DNA of 24,000 bases from an uncultured Methylococcaceae bacterium (lineage in GTDB: Bacteria > Pseudomonadota > Gammaproteobacteria > Methylococcales > Methylococcaceae). This document shows, in pieces, positions 1 through 8,859 of this stretch. A program made the position numbers and the translations under genes. The first letter of the stretch is position 1. Each line of letters starts with the position of its first letter. Under the pieces are notes generated by a model. That model was given only the letters and a program-made list of their open reading frames with translations. It did not search any database and was not told where the DNA came from. The DNA is taken from positions 1 through 24,000 of the forward strand of contig CAZOTR010000003.1 in NCBI GenBank assembly GCA_964582755.1, read 5' to 3'.

Positions 1-2
1 AA

Positions 3-128
3 GGGCTTCTGGCCTACGAAAGCTTCATGAGCATCGAGCCGGACGCGGCCAACGCGGTGGTACTGAGCCAGGAGGCGTTTGCCCAGGCGGATGATATTCG
101 GCGGCAGATGATGCGGGGATTGCATTGA
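3..128 (+). CDS. 3' end of an unidentified CDS entering from the left edge
   Basis: Frame is open from the window edge: ...GLLAYESFMSIEPDAANAVVLSQEAFAQADDIRRQMMRGLH*, stop TGA at 126-128. High-GC, coding-like composition. No family recognised. Confidence 0.35.
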   Translation, partial: GLLAYESFMSIEPDAANAVVLSQEAFAQADDIRRQMMRGLH

Positions 129-544
129 GATGTTTGGAAGCTGCGATGGCATTCCCCTCGCTGTTTGAGAGCGTTTGCGGCCAAAACCCGCCTTTAGAAG
201 CCCGTCCAAATTTAATCGGCGAACGTCAGGTATGGCCTAGCGGAGCAGTCCTTAGCCTTGGTTGGTTCTGATGCGTTAGTTCGGCAATACCTGTCATTTG
301 CTCTTGCTCGTCAATTGGCTCGAATGTTGGTTTTATGGAAGCAAGCTTGAACATCGTTGTCAGTACATAGCCGACATTTGCCTCTTCATGCAAAATCGCC
401 TTCCTCTTCGACGTAGTGTGGCGGTGCTTGAAGTTGGTTTTGATGAGGTGTTAAAGCTCACGGCTTTCAAGGGGCATAATAGATTTGGCTTATTATAGGG
501 ATGGGCTCTGGCATTGTCGGCGGCCAGGTGGGTCAACACCCAAT

Positions 545-748
545 CTATCCCAAATCAAGCAATACCGCGTCGACCAAGCTTTGGCGCATATAAATGCCGT
601 TGTTGCGCAGTTGTTCGACCAAGGGACGAACCTGCTCTATAAGCCCCGCCTTTTTCGCCCGGCGCAGGATGCCCAAAGTTAGACCTACAGCGATACGGTT
701 CGGTGGTTCAATCCTAAACGGACAGCGAGGACTAAGCTTGATTATTCC
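545..748 (-). pseudogene. 5'-truncated remnant of a DUF3368-type (PIN-like, toxin-like) gene
   Basis: A minus-strand frame without a start codon, closed upstream by an in-frame TGA (749-751), reads ...NRIAVGLTLGILRRAKKAGLIEQVRPLVEQLRNNGIYMRQSLVDAVLLDLG*. The G-T/L-x-G-I-L-x-R-A-K-x-x-G-L-I ... V-x-P-L ... L pattern matches what I recall of the C-terminal half of DUF3368 proteins. The N-terminal half and the usual upstream antitoxin are absent. It is not in the ORF track because it has no start codon. Confidence 0.45.
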
Positions 749-804
749 TCAAGCGATCCCCAATATGTTCTCTGAATTTTAATTGATGCGATGATGGAGT
801 ATTT

Positions 805-1923
805 ATGATGTCAATAGAACCTTTCCGCGTTCTCTGCCTCGACGGCGGAGGCATGCGCGGTATGTATCAAGCCACCTATCTAAAAACCTTTGCAGAGCGT
901 ATTCGCAATACGAGTGGTCGTGAGATTGATCCTGGGCTTGCTTTTGATCTTTTGGTTGGAACAAGCACGGGGGGAATTGTCGCTTGCGCACTCGCTGCTG
1001 GTATTTCACTGAATAACGTTCTGGCACTTTACCAAGAGAGTGGAGCGAAAATTTTTCCACGTCAATATCTTCGGTCTACCCCCGTGCTAGGCACATTAAC
1101 CCGCGCTTTGTTCTCTGGTCTAAAGTCTGGCAACGATGCATTGCATGCCGTATTGTCAACAACTTTCCAGAAGCTAACAATGAAGGAGATTTATGAACAT
1201 CGGGGTATAGGTTTAGCTATCACTGCTGTTGACCTCAATCGCCACGCATCCATCGTCTTTAAGACACCACACATGGAGAGACTTAACGGACGGGATAATA
1301 ACCGATTATTGATAGACGTGTGCATGGCCACTAGCGCAGCCCCAATTCTACGTTCGATTGCGAGGTTGGTAGAGCCGGATAGTAATGGAACGACGGTTGA
1401 TTATGTGGATGGGGGGCTTTGGGCAAACAACCCTGCGGCAGTTGGAATGGTGGAGGCATACGAAATTATAAAACAGCGCGGTGAGGAGAATCGTCCAATT
1501 CATCTCTTTATGCTTGGTACGCTACCGGCCCAAGGTGGTGAAGAAATTGGAAAGAAAAACTTGCATCGTGGTGCTTGGGGTTGGGTAGGAGGAATTAAGG
1601 CCATTAGCACAAGTATGGATGCTCAGGCGCTAGCAAATGACTATATCGCCAATAAAATCGCGCAATTGCGAGAAAACGGAAGCTTCGCTTACCGTTTACC
1701 AGCGCAATGCCCTTCGAACGAATTGCAACGATATTTGGAAAATATGGATGATGCGCGTCCTAAATTTCTAAACGCTCTTGCTAGACAAGCCATATCTGAC
1801 GTTGATTTTGCATGGGCGAATATTAATATCAATAACAAAATAAAAGAGTTTTATGATGCACTTGCTGGTACATCCAATAAAAGTCTCCAACAATCCGAGG
1901 TACAAAAAGATGTCCAGCATTGA
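805..1923 (+). CDS. capV: Patatin-like phospholipase, CBASS effector (CapV-like)
   Basis: 372 aa. Motifs: DGGGMRG oxyanion motif, GTSTGG (GxSxG nucleophile), DGGLWANNP (catalytic Asp). GGAG sits 7 nt upstream of the ATG. First gene of a four-gene overlapping operon in the same order as V. cholerae capV-dncV-cap2-cap3. Confidence 0.9.
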   Translation: MMSIEPFRVLCLDGGGMRGMYQATYLKTFAERIRNTSGREIDPGLAFDLLVGTSTGGIVACALAAGISLNNVLALYQESGAKIFPRQYLRSTPVLGTLTRALFSGLKSGNDALHAVLSTTFQKLTMKEIYEHRGIGLAITAVDLNRHASIVFKTPHMERLNGRDNNRLLIDVCMATSAAPILRSIARLVEPDSNGTTVDYVDGGLWANNPAAVGMVEAYEIIKQRGEENRPIHLFMLGTLPAQGGEEIGKKNLHRGAWGWVGGIKAISTSMDAQALANDYIANKIAQLRENGSFAYRLPAQCPSNELQRYLENMDDARPKFLNALARQAISDVDFAWANININNKIKEFYDALAGTSNKSLQQSEVQKDVQH

Positions 1924-2971
1924 TTGCAACAAAGAGATGGGGGGGTATCATTCTAATGAGGTGAACCTGCCCAAGACCGCACAGGACGAGATGCGCAAGC
2001 GGCGTGATAACGGTAGGACTCGCTTGAAAAACGGGCTGCTCGGTGGCGGGCATCCGCTTCCAAAGGAATCCAGTTCACAAGGCTCCTATGCGATGCGTAC
2101 GATGGTTCAGGATGACCAGTGCGACTATGACATCGATGATGGCATCTATTTCGAAAAAGATGACCTGATGGTTGCCGACGGGCGCTACCTATCAGCGAAG
2201 GGCGCTCGCAGTCGAGTTCGTAACGCGCTGAAGGATGAGCGCCTAGCCTATGATGCACAGGTTAAGACCAATTGTGTACGGCAAAAGTATCCGGCTGGTT
2301 ACCACATCGACATTCCGGTATACCGCATTATCCGTTCTACTGATTTTTTTGGAAACAAGGTAGTTGAATACGAACTCGCAAGCGGTGAGGAGTGGATTAA
2401 ATCAGACGCTCGTGCGGTGACTAAATGGTACAACAATGCCATCGGGCAAGAGCTAAAGACAGGCGAGACCGACTACAGCCAGACACGGCGGGTAACCAAG
2501 CTGACAAAGAAGTTTGCTCGCAGCCGCGCCGTCTGGAAAGGGCAAACCACCAGCGGCATCTGTATCTCCAAACTCGTCGTTGAATACATCGTGACAGTTG
2601 CTGAACGCGACGATGATGCCCTAAGAAACACCTGGAAAGCGATAAAAGCTAGGCTGGATTTTACGCTCCAGATTACCCACCCAGTCCTCCAGGGAAAGAA
2701 TTTGGCGGAGAGCGACGATGAGGGCGTCCGCTTCTTCCGTGACCGCCTAGCTGAAGCTCTAAAGAAACTTGAAGTTCTTGATGAACCAGGATGCACACGC
2801 GAAAAAGCTCTGAAGGCTTGGGACAGCGTCTTCAATACAAGCTATTTCAGCGACCGGCTGGGCACGAATCAGGCAGCGGCGAAGTCTTTGCTTCAACCTG
2901 CGGTAGCGGCGATGGGCCTGACTTTCCCCAGCAAGCCAATTGTGCCGAATAAGTCATCGGGCTTTGCCTGA
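1910..2971 (+). CDS. CD-NTase (cGAS/DncV-like nucleotidyltransferase), CBASS signal synthase
   Basis: Start chosen at the internal ATG 1910 ([10 protein letters not shown]...), which overlaps the capV stop by 14 nt. Motifs: QGSYAMRT (G-S), DYDIDDG (DxD), YHIDIPVY (third Asp), the Pol-beta NTase triad in CD-NTase spacing. The C-terminus is ...KSSGFA. Confidence 0.85.
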   Translation: MSSIDCNKEMGGYHSNEVNLPKTAQDEMRKRRDNGRTRLKNGLLGGGHPLPKESSSQGSYAMRTMVQDDQCDYDIDDGIYFEKDDLMVADGRYLSAKGARSRVRNALKDERLAYDAQVKTNCVRQKYPAGYHIDIPVYRIIRSTDFFGNKVVEYELASGEEWIKSDARAVTKWYNNAIGQELKTGETDYSQTRRVTKLTKKFARSRAVWKGQTTSGICISKLVVEYIVTVAERDDDALRNTWKAIKARLDFTLQITHPVLQGKNLAESDDEGVRFFRDRLAEALKKLEVLDEPGCTREKALKAWDSVFNTSYFSDRLGTNQAAAKSLLQPAVAAMGLTFPSKPIVPNKSSGFA

Positions 2972-4716
2972 TGAGGTGGGCATTGAGCGATCCGGTGCGA
3001 TTTCTTAATGAACGCGCCGAACTTGACCGCCTTGAAGACGAAGTTGATTGGTTGGTTACCGCTTGGCGAATAGACGCGGACGGAATGATCGAAGTCGATT
3101 TCGACCTGATTGTTCATGGCCGTACCTACGCGGGCCGAATGACCTATCCCGATGTGTTTCCTAATTCACCGCCTTATATTCGTCCTCGAAATACCTCTGA
3201 GCGATGGACAGTACATCAGTATGGGGCGGGAGGGACGCTGTGCCTGCAATGGCGTGCGGACAATTGGCAAACCCATGTCACTGGGGCAGATATTGTCCGA
3301 AGCACTTTCGACTTGCTGAATACCGAACAACACCCAGAGCGGCCAGATGTTGTTCCGTCTGCTCATCGTTTGACAGAAGGCCAGGAGATGAGGAGCGAGG
3401 AGTATCGTTTCGTTGCTACCAATGGGTTTATTCAAGCTCTTATTGTTCTTCCTCTGCAATCCAGATCGACGCTAAAAACGAATACGGTTCTCAACTTAAC
3501 AGCGACAGTTACGTTTGTATCCGAGATTTCGATAGCCGACAGCGCGATGCAGGCGATCCCCGACTTACCATCCGGCATTTCCAAATACCTCCCTTTATTT
3601 GCATGGAAAGGTGAGGGGTGGTTATTCAGGATTGAGTTTGTCGCCCCTGAAGAGAGCATTTTGTCGATAGATTACTTGCTGCGTCTGCTCTCGAACTCTG
3701 GTTTTCGCACAGACGATATTCTGGTAAAGGAAGAGGGTACCAACAAGTACAAGGAAAAGGTGGTAATACTGCTGGGGTCAGAGTTAACCTCGCTCCGTGT
3801 TTTCTTGATCGTGTCCAGCGAACAACTGGTGTTGCGCGAATACAGGGTAATCATGCCTTCGGATTTAGATGCTCGGCTACCCAAAGAATGTGAGCAGCTT
3901 TCCAGAGTTCGAGTCGGCATCGTTGGACTCGGCTCTATAGGCAGCAAAGTCGCTGTCTCACTGGCAAGATCAGGTGTGCGGCGATTCTTATTGGTGGATG
4001 ATGACTATCTGGTACCGGGCAATCTGGTTCGCCACGAGCTTTCTTGGGCTTTCGTCGGCGTACACAAGGTAAATGCTGTCCGCGATGCATTGAGATTGGT
4101 GGCAGCCGGGGTGGATGTCGATGCAAGAAGTCATCGGATAGCCGGTCAGGAGTCTGCGTTAAACTCTGCCGCTACATTGAAGGATCTCTCGAATTGTGAT
4201 TTGTTGATTGATGCAACCGCTAACCCAGAAGTTTTCCTACGCATGGCAGCCATCGCAAAGGCAAACAAAAAACCCCTGTTCTGGGGCGAGTTGTTTGCCA
4301 GCGGGTATGGCGGATTGATTGCGCGCGCACGACCCGATCTCGACCCCAATCCGCTCGCCGTTCGATCCGCCATTCATGCCCACCTAGCTACTTTACCGTC
4401 GGCACCTTTTCAACAGGCTGGTGGATATGATGTTGAGCAGGAGCGGTCGTTAATAGCGTACGACAGTGAGGTAGGCAATATTGCAGCATCATTGACACGT
4501 TTTGCCATTGATGCTGCTTTACAACGGAATCCGAGCCAGTTTCCTTATCCTGTATACCTCATTGGGTTGCGTCAAGAATGGATATTTTCCCAACCTTTTG
4601 ATACACAGCCCTTAGATGCACAGGGAGACGGCTGGGATGAGGTAGCCTACCCCGTAGCGAACGAGGATCGGGATGCTGTAGTAAAAGTACTATTGGATTT
4701 ATATGAGCAGAGGTAG
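2971..4716 (+). CDS. cap2: Cap2: E2-like / E1-like (ThiF/MoeB Rossmann) fusion, type II CBASS accessory
   Basis: 581 aa. TGATG start/stop overlap with the CD-NTase gene. N-terminal E2-like region contains GGTLCLQW. Central VGIVGLGSIGSKVAVSLARSGVRRFLLVDDDYLVPGNLVRH is a nucleotide-binding E1 adenylation fold. Confidence 0.85.
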   Translation: MRWALSDPVRFLNERAELDRLEDEVDWLVTAWRIDADGMIEVDFDLIVHGRTYAGRMTYPDVFPNSPPYIRPRNTSERWTVHQYGAGGTLCLQWRADNWQTHVTGADIVRSTFDLLNTEQHPERPDVVPSAHRLTEGQEMRSEEYRFVATNGFIQALIVLPLQSRSTLKTNTVLNLTATVTFVSEISIADSAMQAIPDLPSGISKYLPLFAWKGEGWLFRIEFVAPEESILSIDYLLRLLSNSGFRTDDILVKEEGTNKYKEKVVILLGSELTSLRVFLIVSSEQLVLREYRVIMPSDLDARLPKECEQLSRVRVGIVGLGSIGSKVAVSLARSGVRRFLLVDDDYLVPGNLVRHELSWAFVGVHKVNAVRDALRLVAAGVDVDARSHRIAGQESALNSAATLKDLSNCDLLIDATANPEVFLRMAAIAKANKKPLFWGELFASGYGGLIARARPDLDPNPLAVRSAIHAHLATLPSAPFQQAGGYDVEQERSLIAYDSEVGNIAASLTRFAIDAALQRNPSQFPYPVYLIGLRQEWIFSQPFDTQPLDAQGDGWDEVAYPVANEDRDAVVKVLLDLYEQR

Positions 4717-5182
4717 AGTGTTGAATTTAATTCTGCCTCCTGATGTAGTTAATACTCTTTCAGTCGCGCTCCAAAAAGCAGGGCGGAATGAAATTGGTGG
4801 TATCTTGATGGCCCAGCATGTTGGCCTGAATGAGTTCAAAGTCACGGAGATCACGGTGCATCGGCGTGGTGGGATTTCTTCATTTCTACGGCGTATAGAA
4901 GATGCCATTGGAAATCTACGTCTATTTTTTCACCGAACAGATCACGACTACCAGAGATTCAATTACTTGGGCGAATGGCACTCGCATCCGTTGTTCGATC
5001 CCACTCCTAGTACAATGGATGATATGTCTATGCGAGAGATTGTTCAGGATACATCGGTCGGCGCTAACTTTGCGGTACTGCTTATTGTAAAGCTGAATGC
5101 TAGTGGGCAATTGATTGGTACCGCTCACACCTACCTTCCTGATGGGAAGAGAGCGGGTTCGGCAATCATCTTCGGTGGTTAA
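4703..5182 (+). CDS. cap3: Cap3: JAB/JAMM (MPN+) isopeptidase, type II CBASS accessory
   Basis: 159 aa. Overlaps the cap2 end by 14 nt. Motifs: EIGGIL (Glu) and GEWHSHPLFDPTPSTMD (HxH-x7-S-xx-D JAMM motif). Confidence 0.85.
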   Translation: MSRGRVLNLILPPDVVNTLSVALQKAGRNEIGGILMAQHVGLNEFKVTEITVHRRGGISSFLRRIEDAIGNLRLFFHRTDHDYQRFNYLGEWHSHPLFDPTPSTMDDMSMREIVQDTSVGANFAVLLIVKLNASGQLIGTAHTYLPDGKRAGSAIIFGG

Positions 5183-5324
5183 AAGTAGCATTAAATGAGG
5201 TTGAGGTTGAGGTTGAGCTGCTTTCCAATATCCGAGCCTGTTCTCAACGGAATTCAGAAAATGAAACCGAACCACTCCGAAAAACGTAGACCCGCTTTGA
5301 GATTCTAAGCGCTTCCCGCACTTT

Positions 5325-5597
5325 TTACTCCACCAGCAACACGGCCAAATTGGAGTCGGTGTCCAATTTGTGGATACATTCCATAATCAATTGCGCCCGC
5401 ATCAGATTCATCCCCACCGCCTTCCGGTCTTCTGGGTCTAGCGCTTTGAGCCAATCCCGAACCGGTTTAGCCCCGGACGATGTGCGGTAGAACACCGGTG
5501 GGATTTTTCGTTTTCCTCCATGCTGCGCCTTTTCCGCCGTAGTGTACGTTAAAAAGTTCACGCCGCTCAAAGCTGTTTTCCCTTTCAGAGTAGCCAA
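5325..5597 (-). pseudogene. Truncated RelE/ParE-superfamily (phage Gp49/HigB-like) toxin remnant
   Basis: The core ...IPPVFYRTSSGAKPVRDWLKALDPEDRKAVGMNLMRAQL resembles the N-terminal ~45 aa of Gp49-like toxins (xFYxxxxGxxPVxxFLxxLdxxxrakv). Family resemblance is lost after about aa 70 (about 5388), and the ORF ends 20 codons later. GGAGGA sits 8 nt upstream of an ATC codon (5502-5504) where an ATG would be expected. No partner antitoxin ORF lies downstream. Confidence 0.45.
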
Positions 5598-5718
5598 TTC
5601 CCTGCCGCAATGCCGTCATTGCCGGCAAAAATCCTGCCGAAGCCAGACGCGCCCCCTGTCACTGCCGTGCAGTGACAGGGGGCGGCTGCGGCAACCTGCG
5701 CGGCTTCCGGGGCAAAAT

Positions 5719-5747
5719 TTGACATGACGGCCAGATGATGGCAGGAT
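5719..5747 (+). promoter_or_regulatory. Possible sigma70-type promoter upstream of orphan repeat copy A
   Basis: TTGACA (5719-5724), a 17-nt spacer ending in TGg, then CAGGAT (5742-5747; weak -10, 3/6 match). This would start transcription a few nt before the element at 5763. Sequence-only guess. Confidence 0.25.
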
Positions 5748-5762
5748 TTTGACCGCTCAACC

Positions 5763-5965
5763 GTGGCGGCTGCGTCCTCAGCCGCACCCTTTGCCGCCGT
5801 GTGCCTACACTTCCGGCGGCGGGCCTTCTGGCCCCGTAGGCGTTCCCCAGGCTCCGGCCTGTTCACTTCGGGATCGACGATCCCTCTGGTTCTATCCTAG
5901 CCAGCAGTCCCCTTTCCAAGGGAAGGTTTCCGGCACACCCACGTTGCGGTTTTCCCGCAACGCAC
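5763..5965 (+). repeat. Structured ICE leader element, copy A (orphan; 5' two-thirds conserved, 3' part diverged)
   Basis: gtggcggctgcgtcctcagccgcaccctttgccgccgtgtgcctacacttccggcggcgg ... cacttcgggatcgacgatccctct aligns with copies B, D, E and F. No T-tract, no conserved RBS and no adjacent gene. Confidence 0.75.
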
Positions 5966-6417
5966 CCATCCAGTTGGTTCCTGCCAACGTCCTTCCAGTG
6001 GCTGAAGCGGCGCGTCTTTGTTTGCCCGCGAAAGCGACTTCTCCCTCGCCCTGATGGCACGGCTTGCCGTGTCCTTAATGGCCGCTTCCAACTTGCCAGC
6101 GTGGTATCGCAATCCGCCACCAAGGCTCCCTCTAAATCGCTTGATACTGCGGCAACGCGGTTTTAGGCACCACGCACAGCCAGCCAAGCCGTCGGGCTTG
6201 CTGTGAGGAATAATACCTACGACGCTTCGACGATTGTTTGCAACAGCAGAACACGCCGAACCGCATATGCGGGCCTGTTTTATCGGATTGACAGCACGCC
6301 TTTTCCCTTCGGGGGTCTCGATTCCATCGAGTCGGCATTAACACTTACCCTGCGACAAATCCGCGAACAAATTACTGGATTATCCTGAATTATTATTCCT
6401 GATGTTTATGAGGCCGT

Positions 6418-7296
6418 ATGGACGATCTGCAATGGGAATTGAAAAAACTGACTAACCAACACCGTGAGGATTCCATCGGAACACAGGTGGCGCGTCACCA
6501 AGTGCTGGATCTGATGGCCCGCCAATTGAAGGAAATGGGCTATCGAAACATGAAGGCTATTTCCCTGAAGCCTAAGCATGTCGAAGCCTTGGTGAAGCGC
6601 TGGCAAGCAGAGGAATTATCCACAGGAACCTTGAAGAACCGCCTTTCACATTTGCGATGGTGGGCGGAAAAGATCGGCAGGCCATCCCTTATCCCCAATG
6701 ACAATGGGAAACTGGGCATTGAGAACCGGGTTTATGTGAAACCAGAGGGAAAACAAATCAGCCTAGACCCGGAGAAACTGGCGCAAATCAAAGATGCCCA
6801 TTTGCGCTTGAGTTTGGAGATGCAGGCACAGTTCGGATTGCGCCGTGAGGAGGCGATGAAATTCCAACCGGCGTATGCGGTTCGTGACAACCATATCCAT
6901 TTGAAGCCGTCTTGGACGAAAGGCGGAAGGCCACGCGATATACCTATTCGTAATGAAGCCCAGCGCGAATTGCTAGGGCGAGTCCGCCAGCTTGCGGAAA
7001 ATGGTTCGTTGATTCCGGCGGGGCGTTCTTATGTCTTCCAGAAGAACCTCTATGAGCGGGAAACCAAGAAAGCCGGTATCGCCGAAGGCGACCGGAAAGC
7101 CCACGGTCTGCGACACGGGTATGCCCAAGAACGGTATTTGGAATTGACCGGATGGAAATCGCCCCATGCCGGAGGCCCAAGGCGCGGGGAACTGACGCCC
7201 GAACAGCGGGAAGCCGACCTTGCCGCCAGGCTTATTATCAGCCAGGAAATGGGCCACAACCGCGAAGAAGTCACGGCGGTTTATCTGGGGCGCTAG
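6418..7296 (+). CDS. Tyrosine recombinase / phage-integrase-family protein (small ICE-associated type)
   Basis: 292 aa. Catalytic-type residues are in order: LRREEAMKF (Arg), HGLRHGYAQ (HxxR), GHNREEVTAVYLGR (His ... Tyr nucleophile). It resembles what I recall as the Phage_int_SAM_2 + Integrase_1 architecture. Confidence 0.75.
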   Translation: MDDLQWELKKLTNQHREDSIGTQVARHQVLDLMARQLKEMGYRNMKAISLKPKHVEALVKRWQAEELSTGTLKNRLSHLRWWAEKIGRPSLIPNDNGKLGIENRVYVKPEGKQISLDPEKLAQIKDAHLRLSLEMQAQFGLRREEAMKFQPAYAVRDNHIHLKPSWTKGGRPRDIPIRNEAQRELLGRVRQLAENGSLIPAGRSYVFQKNLYERETKKAGIAEGDRKAHGLRHGYAQERYLELTGWKSPHAGGPRRGELTPEQREADLAARLIISQEMGHNREEVTAVYLGR

Positions 7297-7432
7297 AAAT
7301 GCTTAACCAACAAAACTAATTCGATGGGTAGCGAAAACCCTTGCAAAAGGCTGACAAGGTTTTCGCTGGATAGCGTATCCCTGCGGCAGGATAATCCAGC
7401 CTGCCATTTGATTTGACCACAAGGCGAACGAC

Positions 7433-8776
7433 ATGCGTGTCCTGCTGGGTTCCAACGCTTACCTGAAGCGCACCGAGAACCGGGATGTCCCGGTCGTCTG
7501 GGACAGCCGCACGGCGATCAATCCGCACGTGTTGGTGATGGGCGCGTCCGGGGCTGGCAAGACCTGGAATCTGCGGCGGATGATCCAGGCTATGGCGAAA
7601 ACTGCCGATGGCCCGGTGCGCATCTATGTGTTGGATGTCCACGGCGACATTGATTTGGCCGGTGCGTCCACCGTGAAGTTTTCCGAAGCCACGGCCTATG
7701 GCCATAATCCATTGGCAGTCAGTCCAGACCGTGATGGCGGTGGCGTCCGCCGACAGATTCAGTCCTTCATTGCGGCGCTGAACCGGACTTCCCGGCAATT
7801 GGGAACTCGGCAAGAGGCGGTATTACGCGCGCTGCTGACCGACCTCTACGCCGCCAATGGATTCTACGAGGACAAGCCGGATAGCTGGCGGCTGGATGAC
7901 GGGATAGCGCGGAAATACCCGAAGAAATATCCGACTCTGCTGGATGCCGCCCGCTTCTCGGCGGCCAAGCTCAGGGCGCTATATCTTGGGGCCGACGCCA
8001 AAGCGGTGGCCGCATTGGAGCAAGTCAACGCGAAGGCGAGGTCGATATACGCCAGGAACAAGGCGATGGGGCAGATACGGCAGACCTTGGGGAACGCCCA
8101 GGCCGATAAGCCTCCCGCCGATCCCGAATTGGACAAACTGAAAGAAGCGGCGATAGCGGCCTATAGCGCTGCAATCCAAGGCATAGCCACCGGGCGCGAG
8201 TTGGACGACCTGATCCGCTACGACTCCAAGGACGTGCTGCGTAGTGTGGTGGAGCGATTGGAAAGCCTGAATGCCATCGGCATCTTCCGGCCGGACGAAC
8301 CGCCGTTCGACCCCAAGATCCCGGTGTGGCGTTATGACATCCGCTCCCTCGCCTCGGACGAGAAAAAGCTGTTCGTCTATTTCCGGCTCGAACAGATATT
8401 CCGGCAGGCTGCCCTGCGCGGGGTTCAGGGTCGGGTATCGGAAGTGGTCGTATTGGACGAGGCGCATTTGTTTTTCACCGACGAGGCGGAGAACCCGTTG
8501 AATGTCGTCGCCAAGGAAGCGAGGAAGTTTGGCTTGGGGCTGGTCTGCGCCAGCCAATCCCCCACGCATTTCAGCGAGGATTTCCTCGGCAACGTCGCCA
8601 CCAAGATGCTGCTGGGCATCGACGAGATGTATTGGGACGGCGCGGTGCGCAAGCTCAAGATCGACCCGAAGATCCTCCACTACGTCACCCCTAGGCGCAG
8701 CCTGGCCGTGCAGATCAAAACCGGAACAGAGAACCGGGCGCGGTTCGTCGGTGTCGATTTGTCCTCTGCGCGATGA
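7433..8776 (+). CDS. HerA/FtsK-like (DUF87-type) P-loop ATPase
   Basis: 447 aa. Walker A: VLVMGASGAGKTWN. Walker B: VVVLDEAHLFF. Followed by AKEARKFGLGLVCASQSP, typical of HerA/VirB4/FtsK-type ATPases. Confidence 0.7.
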   Translation: MRVLLGSNAYLKRTENRDVPVVWDSRTAINPHVLVMGASGAGKTWNLRRMIQAMAKTADGPVRIYVLDVHGDIDLAGASTVKFSEATAYGHNPLAVSPDRDGGGVRRQIQSFIAALNRTSRQLGTRQEAVLRALLTDLYAANGFYEDKPDSWRLDDGIARKYPKKYPTLLDAARFSAAKLRALYLGADAKAVAALEQVNAKARSIYARNKAMGQIRQTLGNAQADKPPADPELDKLKEAAIAAYSAAIQGIATGRELDDLIRYDSKDVLRSVVERLESLNAIGIFRPDEPPFDPKIPVWRYDIRSLASDEKKLFVYFRLEQIFRQAALRGVQGRVSEVVVLDEAHLFFTDEAENPLNVVAKEARKFGLGLVCASQSPTHFSEDFLGNVATKMLLGIDEMYWDGAVRKLKIDPKILHYVTPRRSLAVQIKTGTENRARFVGVDLSSAR

Positions 8777-8859
8777 AATTCAGAAAGAGGGCAGGGGAGG
8801 GAACACGTTTTGTCCCGAACCCATTGCACAATCATCAAACCTGACCGAAAGGTATTCAC

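Noticed and set aside
475-520. Perfect TATAAT (complement of 492-497) with CCGACA 17 nt upstream on the minus strand.
   Set aside because: No convincing gene lies downstream on the minus strand. There is only a 55-aa TTG-start frame (or 44 aa from its ATG) with a vague HTH-like stretch (IAELTHQNQPRL). It may be a relic promoter of the decayed TA region and cannot be supported from sequence alone.
298-782. Three short + strand ORFs (298-498, 485-682, 594-782) upstream of capV.
   Set aside because: They lack an RBS, overlap one another and give implausible sequences. The 545-748 stretch is better explained by the minus-strand DUF3368-like remnant.
5197-5217. (gaggtt)x3 microsatellite just after the cap3 stop.
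   Set aside because: It is only three and a half units. It has no associated structure or ORF and is most simply a slippage-prone spacer. Not enough to call a feature.
5749-6054. ORFs reading through the repeated elements. These are 5749-6054, 10417-10602 and 15656-15859, plus the N-terminal extensions of the track ORFs that start at 12096, 14408, 16380 and 21353.
   Set aside because: Different copies are open in different frames, and indels between copies shift the frame. The translations are Arg/Pro/Gly-rich with low complexity. Substitutions are compensatory for helices rather than synonymous. Good RBS-ATG starts lie at the 3' end of each element.
5897-6187. 96-aa minus-strand ORF in the gap after orphan element A.
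   Set aside because: It has no RBS, is basic and low-complexity, and overlaps another equally unconvincing ORF (5863-6123). No family resemblance.
7979-8680. Long minus-strand or alternate-frame ORFs inside ICE genes. These are 7979-8680(-), 9552-10319(-), 16530-17288(-), 17913-18587(-), 13422-14243(+), 9992-10636(+) and 12638-13111(-).
   Set aside because: All overlap + strand ORFs that have recognisable domain motifs. Their composition is typical of off-frame translation of GC-rich coding DNA.
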